Below are positions 63,951 through 64,000 of a DNA stretch of 64,000 bases, piece by piece. This DNA is from Octopus sinensis. Taxonomy: Eukaryota. The number at the start of each line of letters is the position of its first letter. Position 1 is the first letter of the stretch. Made by a program: the position numbers and the translations under genes. Under the pieces are notes generated by a model. That model saw only the letters and a program-made list of their open reading frames with translations, did no database searches and was not told the DNA's origin. Location of the stretch: contig NC_043015.1 in the NCBI RefSeq assembly GCF_006345805.1, forward strand, positions 51,336,001 through 51,400,000. The letters are read 5' to 3'.

Positions 63951-64000
63951 AAGAAGCTTGCTTCCCAACCACATAGTTCCAGGTTCAGTTCCACTGTAGG

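Larger units (their letters stand above)
1293..64000 (+). other. Probable very long IFT80 intron
   Basis: GT donor at 1293. The expected next exon (ALELAVK[HY]KTHVDTVL...) was not found by eye in any non-repetitive segment of the window, though a manual search can miss a diverged exon. Confidence 0.5.

Overview
AT-rich, microsatellite-saturated animal genomic DNA. The SINE/RTE/Dong repeat repertoire looks like a coleoid cephalopod, most likely Octopus (inference from recognised repeats, not a search). The only host coding sequence I can support is one 173-bp internal exon of IFT80 (1120-1292, +). I found no downstream IFT80 exon, so the rest is probably one very long intron. It is filled with four tRNA-derived SINE families, 5'-truncated RTE and Dong/R4 LINE ends, decayed mariner, maT (DD37D) and piggyBac transposons, MITEs, and Penelope-like (PLE) fragments with long inverted repeats. 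Nearly all ORFs in the supplied track are microsatellite or SINE artefacts. Three things stand out. (1) About 11 minimal type I hammerhead ribozyme motifs from several unrelated repeat families, six with a canonical catalytic core and most of those with palindromic helix III. Two lie in ~200-bp direct repeats with cleavage sites 345 nt apart (retrozyme-like, 51694-52322). (2) A 2.06-kb ORF1-only (gag-like, CCHC knuckle, no RT) non-LTR retroelement with a 14-bp TSD sits inside a SINE tRNA head (61892-63950). (3) A 3'-terminal hairpin with a CUUGU loop and different, co-varying stems is shared by that element and three alternative tails of one SINE family, pointing to a common LINE partner.
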